Origin: Pseudovirgaria hyperparasitica
Taxonomy: Eukaryota
Reading direction: 5' to 3' (one strand)
NCBI GenBank assembly: GCA_010093815.1
Contig: ML996566.1
DNA length: 64,000 nucleotides
Numbering within the stretch: the first letter of the stretch is position 1; each line of letters starts with the position of its first letter. This document shows, piece after piece, positions 35,609-46,461 of the stretch. The position numbers were made by a program, and so were the translations under genes. Below the pieces are notes generated by a model. The model was not told the origin of the DNA, did no database searches, and saw only the letters and a program-made list of their open reading frames with translations.

Positions 35609-37985
35609 ATGGCCCGCGAGGACGAAGACGCAAGCAATAGTCCGGACACACCATCTGCTTCGAATAAGCGTAAAGCCGACGACTCCGCGCAACCTCAGAC
35701 CCGGGCGAAGCGCAACAGATACATATCCATCGCCTGGTAAGCTGCTTCTCGGACTTGAACTTGAAAGACGCTGGAGTTTGAGGGGTTAATTCGACGTACA
35801 GCAATGAGTGCAAGAGAAGGAAGATCAAGTGCAATGGCGAGACGCCGTGTCAGCGATGCGGTCGCCTCTCGCTCGAATGCCTGTATGCGCCAAACTGCTG
35901 CAATAATTTCAAAGATACAGAGTACGTACACGGTGGAAGGCAATGAGGTCTGCAGGTCCTGTGGCTGATACTACTACGGCAGCGATTTTAAGCAGATGAA
36001 CAGTCAACTCTTGAATCTGCAAGAACAGGTCGACCTACTCTACCAGAACCTCTCCAGTCTCCATTCGCAGATCGACCCCGGCGGAGCAATTCCCCTCGAA
36101 CCCTTCCCAGGCGGCGGCAAACAATATGTGCGGTCCTCGGGGTCTGCACCCGCCCACACCCCCGGACTACCTCCTATTTCTCCTGTACGCAGTCGGTCGC
36201 AGATGGCGAGGCTTCCGCGGTTCCATGGTCCTACAAGCGCAACTTTCAATATCGGGGTTGCGAAATCGAGTCTGCAAACTATGGGCATTACGTCTCAAGA
36301 CGACGGCCTAGACGACGCGCTGGCGACGCTCAACGGCACACCGGCTGCCAGTCCACCGCACATGATGCATCAACAGGGCGTCCTGCAAAAAGTCTTGCAT
36401 CATTCCAAAGACCCCGTATGGGGCGTCGAGAAGGAGGAGGCGATTCGGCTGTGTCGCGTGTGGCACGAAGAGATGGGCATCATGTATCCCTTCATGGACA
36501 TCGAGCAGGTGGTCCAGCATGCGCGGCTACTTTACACGTTCATTGAGGCTGCGAACCGGAGTGGAGTCGTGCAGCTTGCTGCTCCCGGTGCAGACGCGAT
36601 TCATGATGATCAGACGAATCTGTTGAAGGTCATATTGTCGATTGCGCTAGTTCTGGAGGGAACCGGACGGAGTGAGCTGGGGAAGAAGATGTTTGAGAAT
36701 ATTTCGCCTGTGGTTGATGCGCAACTTATGGGGCCGGTGGATATGAAGGGGATCCAGATGCTGGCGCTTGCGGCTATGTATCATTTCCATCGCGATGATG
36801 AGGGGCTTGCCTGGCGTGTTGTGGGACTAGCTGCAAGGCTGTGTATGGAGCTGGGTCTGCATAGGAGAGAGACGTATGAGACTCTCTTCAAGACGCCGGA
36901 GGAAAAAGATGAAGGTGTGCGCTTATTTTGGTCTATATATGTGCTGGACCGTAGGTGGAGCTTTGGTACTGGCATGCCATTCGCGTTGCAGGATGCAGAC
37001 ATAGATCCCCTGCTTCCCAGACCTGTAAGTAGAGATTGAGTCCAGCAATGCTTCACTAATGATGGTATAGGATGACTCGACGCCGTATCTGACCGCCATG
37101 GTGACCTACAGCCAGATTGGCTCAAAGGTCTGGAAGTCGGTTGCCAATGTCGACAGCACGAGCAATGTCAACAAGGAAGATATCGGGTATCTCGACTACC
37201 AGATCTTAGAGTGGTTGCGATCGATACCGCCATCGCTCAAGTTCACTCATCCCAGAAGCAATGCGACCCCTGAGGCATGCAGCAGGGGCACCCATCGCCT
37301 AAAGGTCGCCCTGTATCTTCGCGCCAACCAGATGCGCATACTTATATACAGGCCAGTCCTCCACACGGCCACCAGTATCATGGAGAACATCGACTCGGCC
37401 AACCGCGTTGTTGCCATCGCGAAAGACACAATCGATGTCCTCGCTCACACCAACCAGACATCCGACCTCTACCGTACCCAGCAGATGATGTTCAACTACT
37501 TCCTCATATCCGCCCTGGCAGTCCTCTTCCTGGCAGTCTCCCACGCGCCGGCCAGGTACAGCGACTACTGTCGGCAGGAATTCTACGCAGCACTCGACCT
37601 CGTGCGCGGCCTGTCTGCCAACTCACACGTGTCGAAGCGACTCTGGAAAACGATAAAGGTCCTGAAAGAAGTCGCGCCCAAGCTCGGGCTGAATGTGAGA
37701 AACCCGGAGGCGGATGCCCACTCGTCTGCCGCGGTTGCTATGGCGGGACTAGCAGGCCATCAGGTTAATGAGCTTGCCTTGTTTTCTAATGGGGTCGGGC
37801 AAGGGCCGATGAGCTATAGTCCGAATGGAATGGCGAATGATCTCACTAATCTGTTTGAAGCAGCAGGGCAGTATGGGAACGGCGTGATGAACAATAGGGG
37901 GGCCTATGTACTGGGCCGGCCGGAGGAAGACGGCGGATTTGGGCAGGAAGATGAGCTTGCGAGGATTATGAGAGATCTATTCTGA
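35609..37985 (+). CDS. Zn(II)2Cys6 fungal transcription factor
   Basis: ACNECKRRKIKCNGETPCQRCGRLSLEC cluster, split by intron 35737-35801. Fungal TF middle region AARLCMELGLHR..RLFWSIYVLDRRWSFGTGMP. Further introns ~35922-35982 and 37025-37070. Confidence 0.93.
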
Positions 37986-38835
37986 ATGAACGAAATGAAC
38001 ATGACCAGACGATTGACCGGCACAGCTTATAGAAAGGAGCATTCTTGGCTGTCGACTCCAGTTTTGTACTTCTGCAAATGCTTGGCACGTGACTCTGCAG
38101 CCCAAAGTCGCTTAGCGCACACCAGAACGCGACTGCGCTGAGCCCATCTCGGCTGCATAATACACATCCAGACAGGTAAACCTCCGCACCGCTCTCGATC
38201 ACTATTCACACCCTTCTCACTTCCCGACCTCATGCCAGGTTGGCGCCGCTGCAATCTCAGTACATCCGCCGTACACTGATTCATCCTCCTCTCAGCCTCT
38301 TTAACACTGCCTACCTGCCTCCTCACAGAACCACAACTTGTCAGCCCCGCACCTACCTGAATTCACCCGCCCCTCGATCACCTATCATGGCTTCATAGAT
38401 ACGAACTAGTCGATCACCGCGTATGAACCCTTTTTGACGTCAATCCTATACCCTGAGATTCCTCGCTCGAGGCCTACTATCTTACTACCTACACGACCGA
38501 CGAGGTTCATCTTGGCAGCCGTCACGCTCGTTGCGACCTCCTCACTCATTCGCCTGCGCATTCGAGATAGATATATCCGGGCTACATACCGTGGAGAAGC
38601 TTGGGCAGTTGGGGCTGAATATTGGTCGCGAATTTGACGGCACGGTGTGTCTCCACAACTCATACGTCAAGTCTGCTCGCAGAGTCAGCCTGAACATCAA
38701 GAGCTCTCCAGGTATACGCGGAGTAGCTGCGGAAGGGTTGGGAATATATACCAAAGCTACCGATTCAGTTCGTATTACGGTCTTACTGCATCGACGCACG
38801 AGTACCTTGATTGAGCATCTGTCTTCTCCTTCAAC

Positions 38836-39945
38836 ATGTCGTCTTCGTCACAAGTCGCGGAGTCTTGGATATCGTCCTTTTGCAGTCTGCTCGGCCATGA
38901 ATACTTTGCAGAGGTATCCGAAGACTTTATAGAGGACGACTTCAACCTCACAGGCCTGCAATCACAAGTGCCCATGTACAAAGAAGCACTGGAGATGATA
39001 TTAGACGTGGAGCCAGATGATGACGAGGACGAGGAGGATGAGGAGGATGAGGACGAGGACGAAGAGGATATGCTGGGAGAAGGTGATCGGCCTACTGGTT
39101 ACCGAAGAGCCGGAGACCGTCGACACATGCGCATGGCTAGTGATCTGAGCATGATAGAAAGCTCAGCCGAGCTGCTTTACGGCTTGATACATCAACGTTT
39201 CATTATCTCCCGCCCTGGCATCCAGCAGATGGCCGAAAAGTACGACTTGCAGCATTTCGGTCTCTGTCCGCGCGTCAACTGCAATGGCGTAAAGGTCTTA
39301 CCAGTCGGCTGCAGCGATACTCCTGGCCAAGAGACCGTCAAGCTTTTTTGTCCCTCCTGTCTCGACGTCTACACACCACCTAACTCTCGCTTTCAGTCCG
39401 TCGATGGTGCCTTCTTTGGGACGACTTTTGGTTGCCTCTTCTTCATGACATTTCCCGAACTCGACGTTGGCACGATGCGTGTGCAAACAGATGACCGCAT
39501 GGCATCAGATACAAATTCCGCGTCGACGATAATAAACGGCATACCGGCGACTTCACGCATTCCTCTACCACCGCAGCCATCCATTATCAACGGCGTCGCG
39601 CCACACAACCTCGCTCCAGGTCTGGGTACGGGCAATATACACGAGCCTCGTATTTATGGCTTTCGCGTTTCGGAACGAGCTCGTTCCGGGCCACGCATGA
39701 AGTGGTTACGCAGTAGACCTGACGACATAAATGAGCTAGACGAAGCCAAACGATTCTGGGAAGATCAAGAAGAAGTGCTCGAAGATGAAGGCACGGAAAT
39801 GGAGGAAGAGGCCATGGACGGCCAGCAAGGGATCGATGCGGACGAGGGCAGTGCGATCGCGGCGAGCGTAAAGAAGGCGCGGAAGGCACAATTGAACGGG
39901 GGCGTGAGTCCGATGGATACAAACGGCGTGGGGGAAGGTGGATGA
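38836..39945 (+). CDS. CKB1: Casein kinase II regulatory beta subunit
   Basis: SWISSFCSLLGHEYFAEVSEDFIEDDFNLTGL; acidic loop; AELLYGLIHQRF; CPRVNC..VKLFCPSC zinc ribbon; DGAFFG; PRIYGF. Confidence 0.95.
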   Translation: MSSSSQVAESWISSFCSLLGHEYFAEVSEDFIEDDFNLTGLQSQVPMYKEALEMILDVEPDDDEDEEDEEDEDEDEEDMLGEGDRPTGYRRAGDRRHMRMASDLSMIESSAELLYGLIHQRFIISRPGIQQMAEKYDLQHFGLCPRVNCNGVKVLPVGCSDTPGQETVKLFCPSCLDVYTPPNSRFQSVDGAFFGTTFGCLFFMTFPELDVGTMRVQTDDRMASDTNSASTIINGIPATSRIPLPPQPSIINGVAPHNLAPGLGTGNIHEPRIYGFRVSERARSGPRMKWLRSRPDDINELDEAKRFWEDQEEVLEDEGTEMEEEAMDGQQGIDADEGSAIAASVKKARKAQLNGGVSPMDTNGVGEGG

Positions 39946-40687
39946 ACAGGATGGAAAGGGGGGGGCTGCAGGTCTCGGGGAAACTTGACACACGATCAGG
40001 ATGTAATCAAGCGGCAGAGCGTCTTATGGTGGTGGAAAAGGAAAATGGCGGGCCAAGAGACGCATACGATTCGGGGTAGATGTTTGCTGCTGATATCATG
40101 CTACTCCCTTTTTTTGGCTTTCTTGTGCATTGGGAGACGGCCGTCTTTGTTCTATTGCTATGTTCTGTGCCGTGGCTGTGGGGAAGTGAGTGGTTTGATG
40201 TTGTGTAGCTGTACATGAGTTAAGGTGGTTTATGTAGGTATGTGCATGGAGGCGTCTGGTCGCTGCTGCTGCTGCTCATCGCTGGGATTATATGTTTTGG
40301 ATAATTGCCGTTGTGGCTTCGGTGAGATGAGAGTTGTTCATGATGTTGAGTTGATTGCATAATTGATTCCCCTCTTTGTCTTTTGAGTGAAGCTATACAG
40401 TAATTTAATTAGAAGGACGTGTTCACATGTGAGTGAATGATAGTGGCTATGGGTATATTACAGCACGCGGTGCTGTAGACGTACTCTTCGTCACGCTAGT
40501 CTCCGCGTGTTGAACTTTGAAGGTTGACGTATGTGTGTATGTATGTATGTCATGTAAATAGATCGGTCTGTGGCTTTTCTTCTTTTTCTTCTTCTTCTCC
40601 CTCCCTCCCTCCCTACCTCTCCTCCTTCAAACAACAAGTAACAACATACACACACCTACCTACCTACCTACATCCCCCACCCACCCA

Positions 40688-41742
40688 ATGGCCGACTACT
40701 GGAAATCCACAGTACGCATCTCCCCCAAACCCCAACAACACACTCCCTTCCAAACTAACAAATATATCCCTCTCTCTAGCCCAAATACTGGTGCAAATTC
40801 TGCACCACCTTCGTCCGCGACACTAAATTCGAACGCCAACAGCACGAGGCAACAGGCAGGCACCAGGGCGCCATTCAGCGCTCCCTCCGCACCATCAATC
40901 GCGACAAGGAGCGCGAGGACCGCGATAAGCAGCGTGCTAGGGATGAGGTTGCGCGGTTGAATGGTTTGGTTGGTGGTGGTGGTGGTGCTGGTAATACAGG
41001 GAGTGCTGGTGCTGCTGGTAATACAGGGAGTGCTGGTGCTGCTGCTGCTGGTGGTAGTAGTGCACCAGACCAGAAACCGACGCCGAGACAAGCACAACCT
41101 ACGGCCACAGCTCCGCGCAAAGCAACAGCCCAAGACGTAAAAGCACACATCGCACAACTCGCCGCGCTCGGCGTCGCGGTGCCAGAGGAGTATCGCGCGG
41201 AGATGGCGATGCCGGGGGAGTGGCAGACGGTGCGTCAGATCCCTCCCGCGCAGATCAAGAAAGAGGGAGAAGGAGAAGAAGAAGACGAGAAGAAGGGCGT
41301 TGCCGCCGCGGGGCTAGAGCTGAACAGAGGCGTGCGCAAGAGACGCATGGGAGACGAGGAGGAGGAGGAGGCGGAGTTGGCGCGGCATGTGCTGTCGCGG
41401 AAGAGGAATTGGGGGAGTGTGTTTAGGGGCGTGGGGGATGTGGAGGTGGGGGATGAGGTGGATTTGGATGTGTTGTTTCCGGGGAAGAAGGTTAGGGTTG
41501 GGGGTGAGGGTGAGGGTGAGGTGGCGGATGTGGAGGCAGAGAGGGTGGTTAAGAGGGAGGAGGCAGTGGTTAAGAATGAGCCTGTGGATGATGCGTCGTT
41601 GGAATTGGAGGAGCATGGCGAAAAGCATGACATGCCTGTCGTCAAGACTGAAGCTGAAGAGACTAAACCTGAACCTGAAGCCACGACGACGACTGGTGTG
41701 GTGTTCAAGAAGCGCAAGAATAAAGCTGGTAGACCGAAATGA
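40688..41742 (+). CDS. U1-type zinc finger protein (WBP4/FBP21-like)
   Basis: MADYWKST|PKYWCKFCTTFVRDTKFERQQHEATGRHQG across intron 40712-40779; C-terminal VVFKKRK. Confidence 0.85.
40984..41050 (+). repeat. 27-nt tandem duplication (AGNTGSAGA) within the Zn-finger gene
   Basis: gctggtaatacagggagtgctggtgct occurs twice in tandem. Confidence 0.8.
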
Positions 41743-42442
41743 AAGGGTAATACATCGTGCTTCTCAGCTTCACTACATCAAATCACATCTCATCATCTGG
41801 ACCATCAACATCACCACAGCCCGCACCGATCCGCGATCCGCGATCCGCGACACACGATCAACAACGTAAACAAAAAAACAAGAGGTGCATCTACAACCGC
41901 TCCCAACAGCACAGCCAGCGCGACCAAGCAGCCAAGCAGCCAGTCATCCCACGTTAAAGCCGAAGAAAACATCGCTAGTATCATACTCTCGACCAAGAGG
42001 TCCAGAAACGGGCAAACAGGACAGTGGGACTACTAGATGGTGAAATTAAGAAACCCTGGATAGCGGAGTGAGATGGGAACTAGGAAGAATGTTTGTTTGT
42101 ACATTAACATTGGCACCTTATTTGTCGAGCTGCAGATCCGGGTAGATAATAGCTAGGCAGATCAACGATGATGAACAGAAAGGAAGAAGTGTTTCGATGT
42201 TTCAGTGTATGGTGGGTGATAAGGAGGTGTATATCCTTTGCCTTGCTATTCAGACACAGACCAATCACAAACACAACAACCCCATTGTAGCCACATTCAC
42301 AAAAAAAAAGCCAGATAATATTAATCTTCATCTACCTCGCTCCCTAATATATACACGAAGCTCTCCCTCTCTCCCTCTCCCCCACGAAATTAAACCATCC
42401 CCAGCCCAAATTTACAACGTCAACCGACCACGGCTATGATAA

Positions 42443-44279
42443 TCACAACACAGCAACAACAAGCGCGCCAACACCCACGACCGCGGCCCCGACGTTGCCG
42501 ATGGCAAAGCTAGAAGCGCCGCCGGTGTACTCGGTTGGTGGGGCGGAGCTGCCGCGGGAGGCTGAGGGTGTCGGTGTCGGTGTTGGGATGAGGCGGGTGG
42601 GTTTGTTGGTGTTGGATGAGGGGGCGCCGGGGGCTGCGGGGGAGCCTGGAGAACCTGGGGTGCCTGGAGCGCCTGGGCTGCCTGGAGTTCCAGGGCTGCC
42701 TGGAGAGCCAGGAGAGCCAGGAGAGCCAGGAGTTCCGGGAGCACCGGGAGTACCAGGGCTNNNNNNNNNNNNNNNNNNNNNNNNNNNNNNNNNNNNNNNN
42801 NNNNNNNNNNNNNNNNNNNNNNNNNNNNNNNNNNNNNNNNNNNNNNNNNNNNNNNNNNNNNNNNNNNNNNNNNNNNNNNNNNNNNNNNNNNNNNNNNNNN
42901 NNNNNNNNNNNNNNNNNNNNNNNNNNNNNNNNNNNNNNNNNNNNNNNNNNNNNNNNNNNNNNNNNNNNNNNNNNNNNNNNNNNNNNNNNNNNNNNNNNNN
43001 NNNNNNNNNNNNNNNNNNNNNNNNNNNNNNNNNNNNNNNNNNNNNNNNNNNNNNNNNNNNNNNNNNNNNNNNNNNNNNNNNNNNNNNNNNNNNNNNNNNN
43101 NNNNNNNNNNNNNNNNNNNNNNNNNNNNNNNNNNNNNNNNNNNNNNNNNNNNNNNNNNNNNNNNNNNNNNNNNNNNNNNNNNNNNNNNNNNNNNNNNNNN
43201 NNNNNNNNNNNNNNNNNNNNNNNNNNNNNNGGAGTTCCGGGAGCACCGGGGGTACCAGGAGCACCAGGGCTGCCAGGAGTTCCGGGAGCGCCGGGAGTAC
43301 CAGGGCTACCAGGAGTACCAGGGCTACCAGGAGTACCGGGAGAGCCAGGAGTACCAGGAGCGCCTGGAGTGCCGGGAGCACCGGGGTGACCAGGAGTACC
43401 AGGAGTACCAGGGCTGCCAGGCGAACCCGGAGTACCAGGCACATGCGTAGGCTCAACGGGGCAGACAGTCGTACCGATGGTGACAGTAGTAACGGTAGTG
43501 ATGGTCGACTCAGCCGGGCAATTCTTCATCGTGGTGGGGCAAGCGGTGATGGTGACGGTGGAAGTGGTGACGATAGTAGAGGTGGTGAACAGCGTCGTTG
43601 AAGGCGTGGGCGCAGGAGTAGGAGTTGGCTCGTCGCATCCGTACTCGCAGTCTGGGTTGTCAGATGGAGTGGGCTCAGGAGTAGGAGTCGGCTCGTCACA
43701 TCCGTATTCACAATCTGGGTTATCAGAAGGCGTTGGGGTAGGTTCGTCGCAGCCATATTCGCAGTCTGGGTTGTCCGACGGGGTGGGTTCAGGAGTCGGC
43801 GTAGGCTCATCACAGCCATACTCGCAGTCTGGGTTGTCAGACGGCGTAGGAGTGGGCTCATCACAGCCGTACTCGCAGTCCGGACCGGAAGGAGTAGGCG
43901 TGGGCGTCGGAAACTCTGAGGTGGTCTCTGGCTCACAGTAGCAGTCCTCGTCATAGTCGGGATCGCACTCTTCGGGCTCGTCGCCCGGATAGTCGGGTTC
44001 CTCGCCCGGGTAGTCAGGCTCGTCCTCCGGATCATCCTCGCAGTAGTCATCCTCGTCCTCTGGGCTTTCGGTTGGGGTTGACTCCGGAAGAGATAAGGTG
44101 GGTGTAGGATCAAGCTCTGAGGTGGTAGGCAGTAACGATGGAGTGACAATAGGTGGGATTTCGAGAGTTGGGGTTTCAATGGGCGGAAGTTCGATAGTCG
44201 GGGTTTCAATCGGTGGCAGTTCGATGGCAGCGGCGTTGCCGGCCATGGCCAGAGCCACGATACATGATACCAACTTCAT
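42443..44279 (-). CDS. GPI-anchored cell-wall protein with collagen-like (G-X-P)n domain (spans assembly gap)
   Basis: Signal peptide [18 protein letters not shown]; acidic PT-rich repeats; flocculin-like [16 protein letters not shown] array; C-terminal GPI-type signal [28 protein letters not shown]. The frame offset across the N gap reflects the estimated gap size. Confidence 0.85.
42761..43230. other. Assembly gap (470 N) inside the 9-nt collagen-like repeat
   Basis: Run of N flanked on both sides by ccagg(a/g)g(t/c)(a/g)-type 9-mers. Confidence 0.99.
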
Positions 44280-45583
44280 CGCGTCTTGATTACAGACAGT
44301 AAAGAACGAATGTTTTTCTTCTCACGAGTTTCGACTGTAGGAAAGGAAAGGAACGAAAGACAGGACACCCGCAGAAGAAAAGTCCACTGGCAATCCACGA
44401 AGGGGATTCAAGGGCTTTCATACTTGGCCTTCATACCTAGAGGCCCCTCTCCCCCAACGTGTCTATCGAACGCCATCGTGCTCTACCTTTTCCGGCGTGA
44501 ATGGTAATAAAGGCTTGACGCCACACGACGCCCGGATTGGCCGTTTCAGTACAACCTCAGGCGGATTCTGGAGTCGACGCTTTCGGCGAGGCCTTCGCGA
44601 TGCCGTCGGCAGACACTGACTGGGAAAGACCGCCATTTCATTTTGCCAACCGAGAACTTATACTGTTTTGGGGGGCTGTGGCTGTTGCGCTAGACGGTAT
44701 GTGGGACTGGCGGATTCCGTAGACGGGCGTCCAGAACACCGCGCCCCTGACTCCCGTTATGCTTTTCTTGGTAGACGCGCATTTCGCTCGCCAGCGTGCG
44801 CTCGCTGCCGCGAGTAAACAATATACCCTGCGAGAGTCTGTGTCGTAGTCCGTCATGCGTTTGGGCGTTTGTGGTTATGGTAAATTGACCTTGGCATGGC
44901 GTTGCTTGTTGCTCTCGAGTGGTCTCGCCAAACATAGTGGCTAAGAAGTATGCTTAGTGACAGACGACTGACTGTGTCTGGGGCCTGGAGGTAACTTTGA
45001 TACCTTCGTGTCGGGGTCTCCGTTCCTGGCGTCGAGACGATACTTCATCTAATGTCTGCAAAAGCTTTTCCTAGATAATTTCGAGATATACAGAATCTCT
45101 TGCATATACGTGACCCTACATGACATTGAGTCGTTCGAGGTCGAATATACCCATCTTCGCCCACACGACATCGAGTCGATCAAGTCCTGAGTCCTGACAC
45201 GCTCGCTCGCGCAAGAAGCGTGAAACGGCAGCAGTGCTACATGCCAACGCACGCGGTGTGTAACAGGAAGAGCATGCTGTGTACGACAGTCTAGATCTCA
45301 CTATAGAGTGCTAGTAGTAACTAGTGAGAGCATCAGATTGTGCCTATGTCTGTGATCCAGTGGTACAGTAAGGCTGCATGTTTAGTGGCGCATCTTGTGG
45401 AAATGAACTGCATGCCTGCGTGCCTGCCCCTGGCGATTGCCCTATACTGCCTCAGGCCACAACTCCGCCACACCGCCCGCATACACGACGCCTCAGGCAC
45501 CTATTCTGCCACCACGCGAATGACGCATGTCTCCCATCTTCCAAAAAAATACACAACACACCACACCACCATAACACATCACC

Positions 45584-46237
45584 ATGACCACTGTTCCAGA
45601 GACAACCCCATCCCCATTCACATTCTCCACCACCCACCCGATCCACCGCCAATACCACTTCCCACCCTTCTACACGCCCCAACCCATCCTCTCCACCCAC
45701 CACGCCCAACTCTCCCAATGGGCCGTCCTAATCCTCGACTACTGCCGGCACAACCGCATCTACTCGCTCTCGCTCTCCCAGGTTTCCTACTCCAAGGGCA
45801 CGCGGCCGGACCTGAGCGCGCACCCGCACGCCGTGCTGTTCTACAATGCGGCCATTCCGCGGTGGGTTGAACCGGCGTTTGCGCGGGAGATTGTGGACTG
45901 GATGGCTGGTGAGGAAGGGGGGATGAAGGCGGAGTGGCGGGATAAGGTGGGCGGCTCGGGGAAGAAGGGTGAGGATGCGGCGACGGGGGATGTGTTTTGG
46001 GTGTATTGGCGGAGGCCGGAGGAGTGGGCTGGGGTGATTGAGGGGTGGGTTGAGGGGAGTGGGCAGAAGGGTGTTGTGTTGACTGTGTATGAGCTGTTGA
46101 ATGGCGATGCGACGGCCAAGGAGGAGTGGAGGGGTATGGACGAGGAGTTGATGGTGAAGAGCTTGCAGATTCTGGTCAAGAGAGGGCGCGCGCAGGTCTT
46201 TGGTGGGGATGGACAGTTGGGAGTCAAGTTCTTCTGA
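45584..46237 (+). CDS. VPS25: ESCRT-II subunit Vps25
   Basis: YHFPPFYTPQP; QLSQWAVLILDYC; VYWRRPEEWAGVI; VLTVYEL; C-terminal GVKFF. Confidence 0.95.
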   Translation: MTTVPETTPSPFTFSTTHPIHRQYHFPPFYTPQPILSTHHAQLSQWAVLILDYCRHNRIYSLSLSQVSYSKGTRPDLSAHPHAVLFYNAAIPRWVEPAFAREIVDWMAGEEGGMKAEWRDKVGGSGKKGEDAATGDVFWVYWRRPEEWAGVIEGWVEGSGQKGVVLTVYELLNGDATAKEEWRGMDEELMVKSLQILVKRGRAQVFGGDGQLGVKFF

Positions 46238-46461
46238 AGTTCTTGCGATGTTGGACATATGCGGGATATATATGAAGAAAGTAAGAAGACTCTTGCGCCA
46301 GACAGGAGAAGGAAGACGGGCACCTCGGACCAGCAACGAGCAACTCCCAGAACATGGTAGAGAACGCCAATATGTCGCTGTCCCAACCAAACAATACCCA
46401 CACTCCAACGCGCCGGGGATCCACTCTATACCCGAACCCTTATCGGAATATGCCATAATCT

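Noticed and set aside
42495..43601. + strand Gly-X-Pro-like ORFs antisense to the cell-wall gene
   Set aside because: CCN-GGN repeats read similarly on both strands; only the - strand has signal and GPI peptides.
5711..46370. Stop-codon readthrough to cryptic PTS1 signals
   Set aside because: Read past the stops of DPP3, the GNAT, the BVMO and VPS25: no TGA-CTA context or SKL-like extension.
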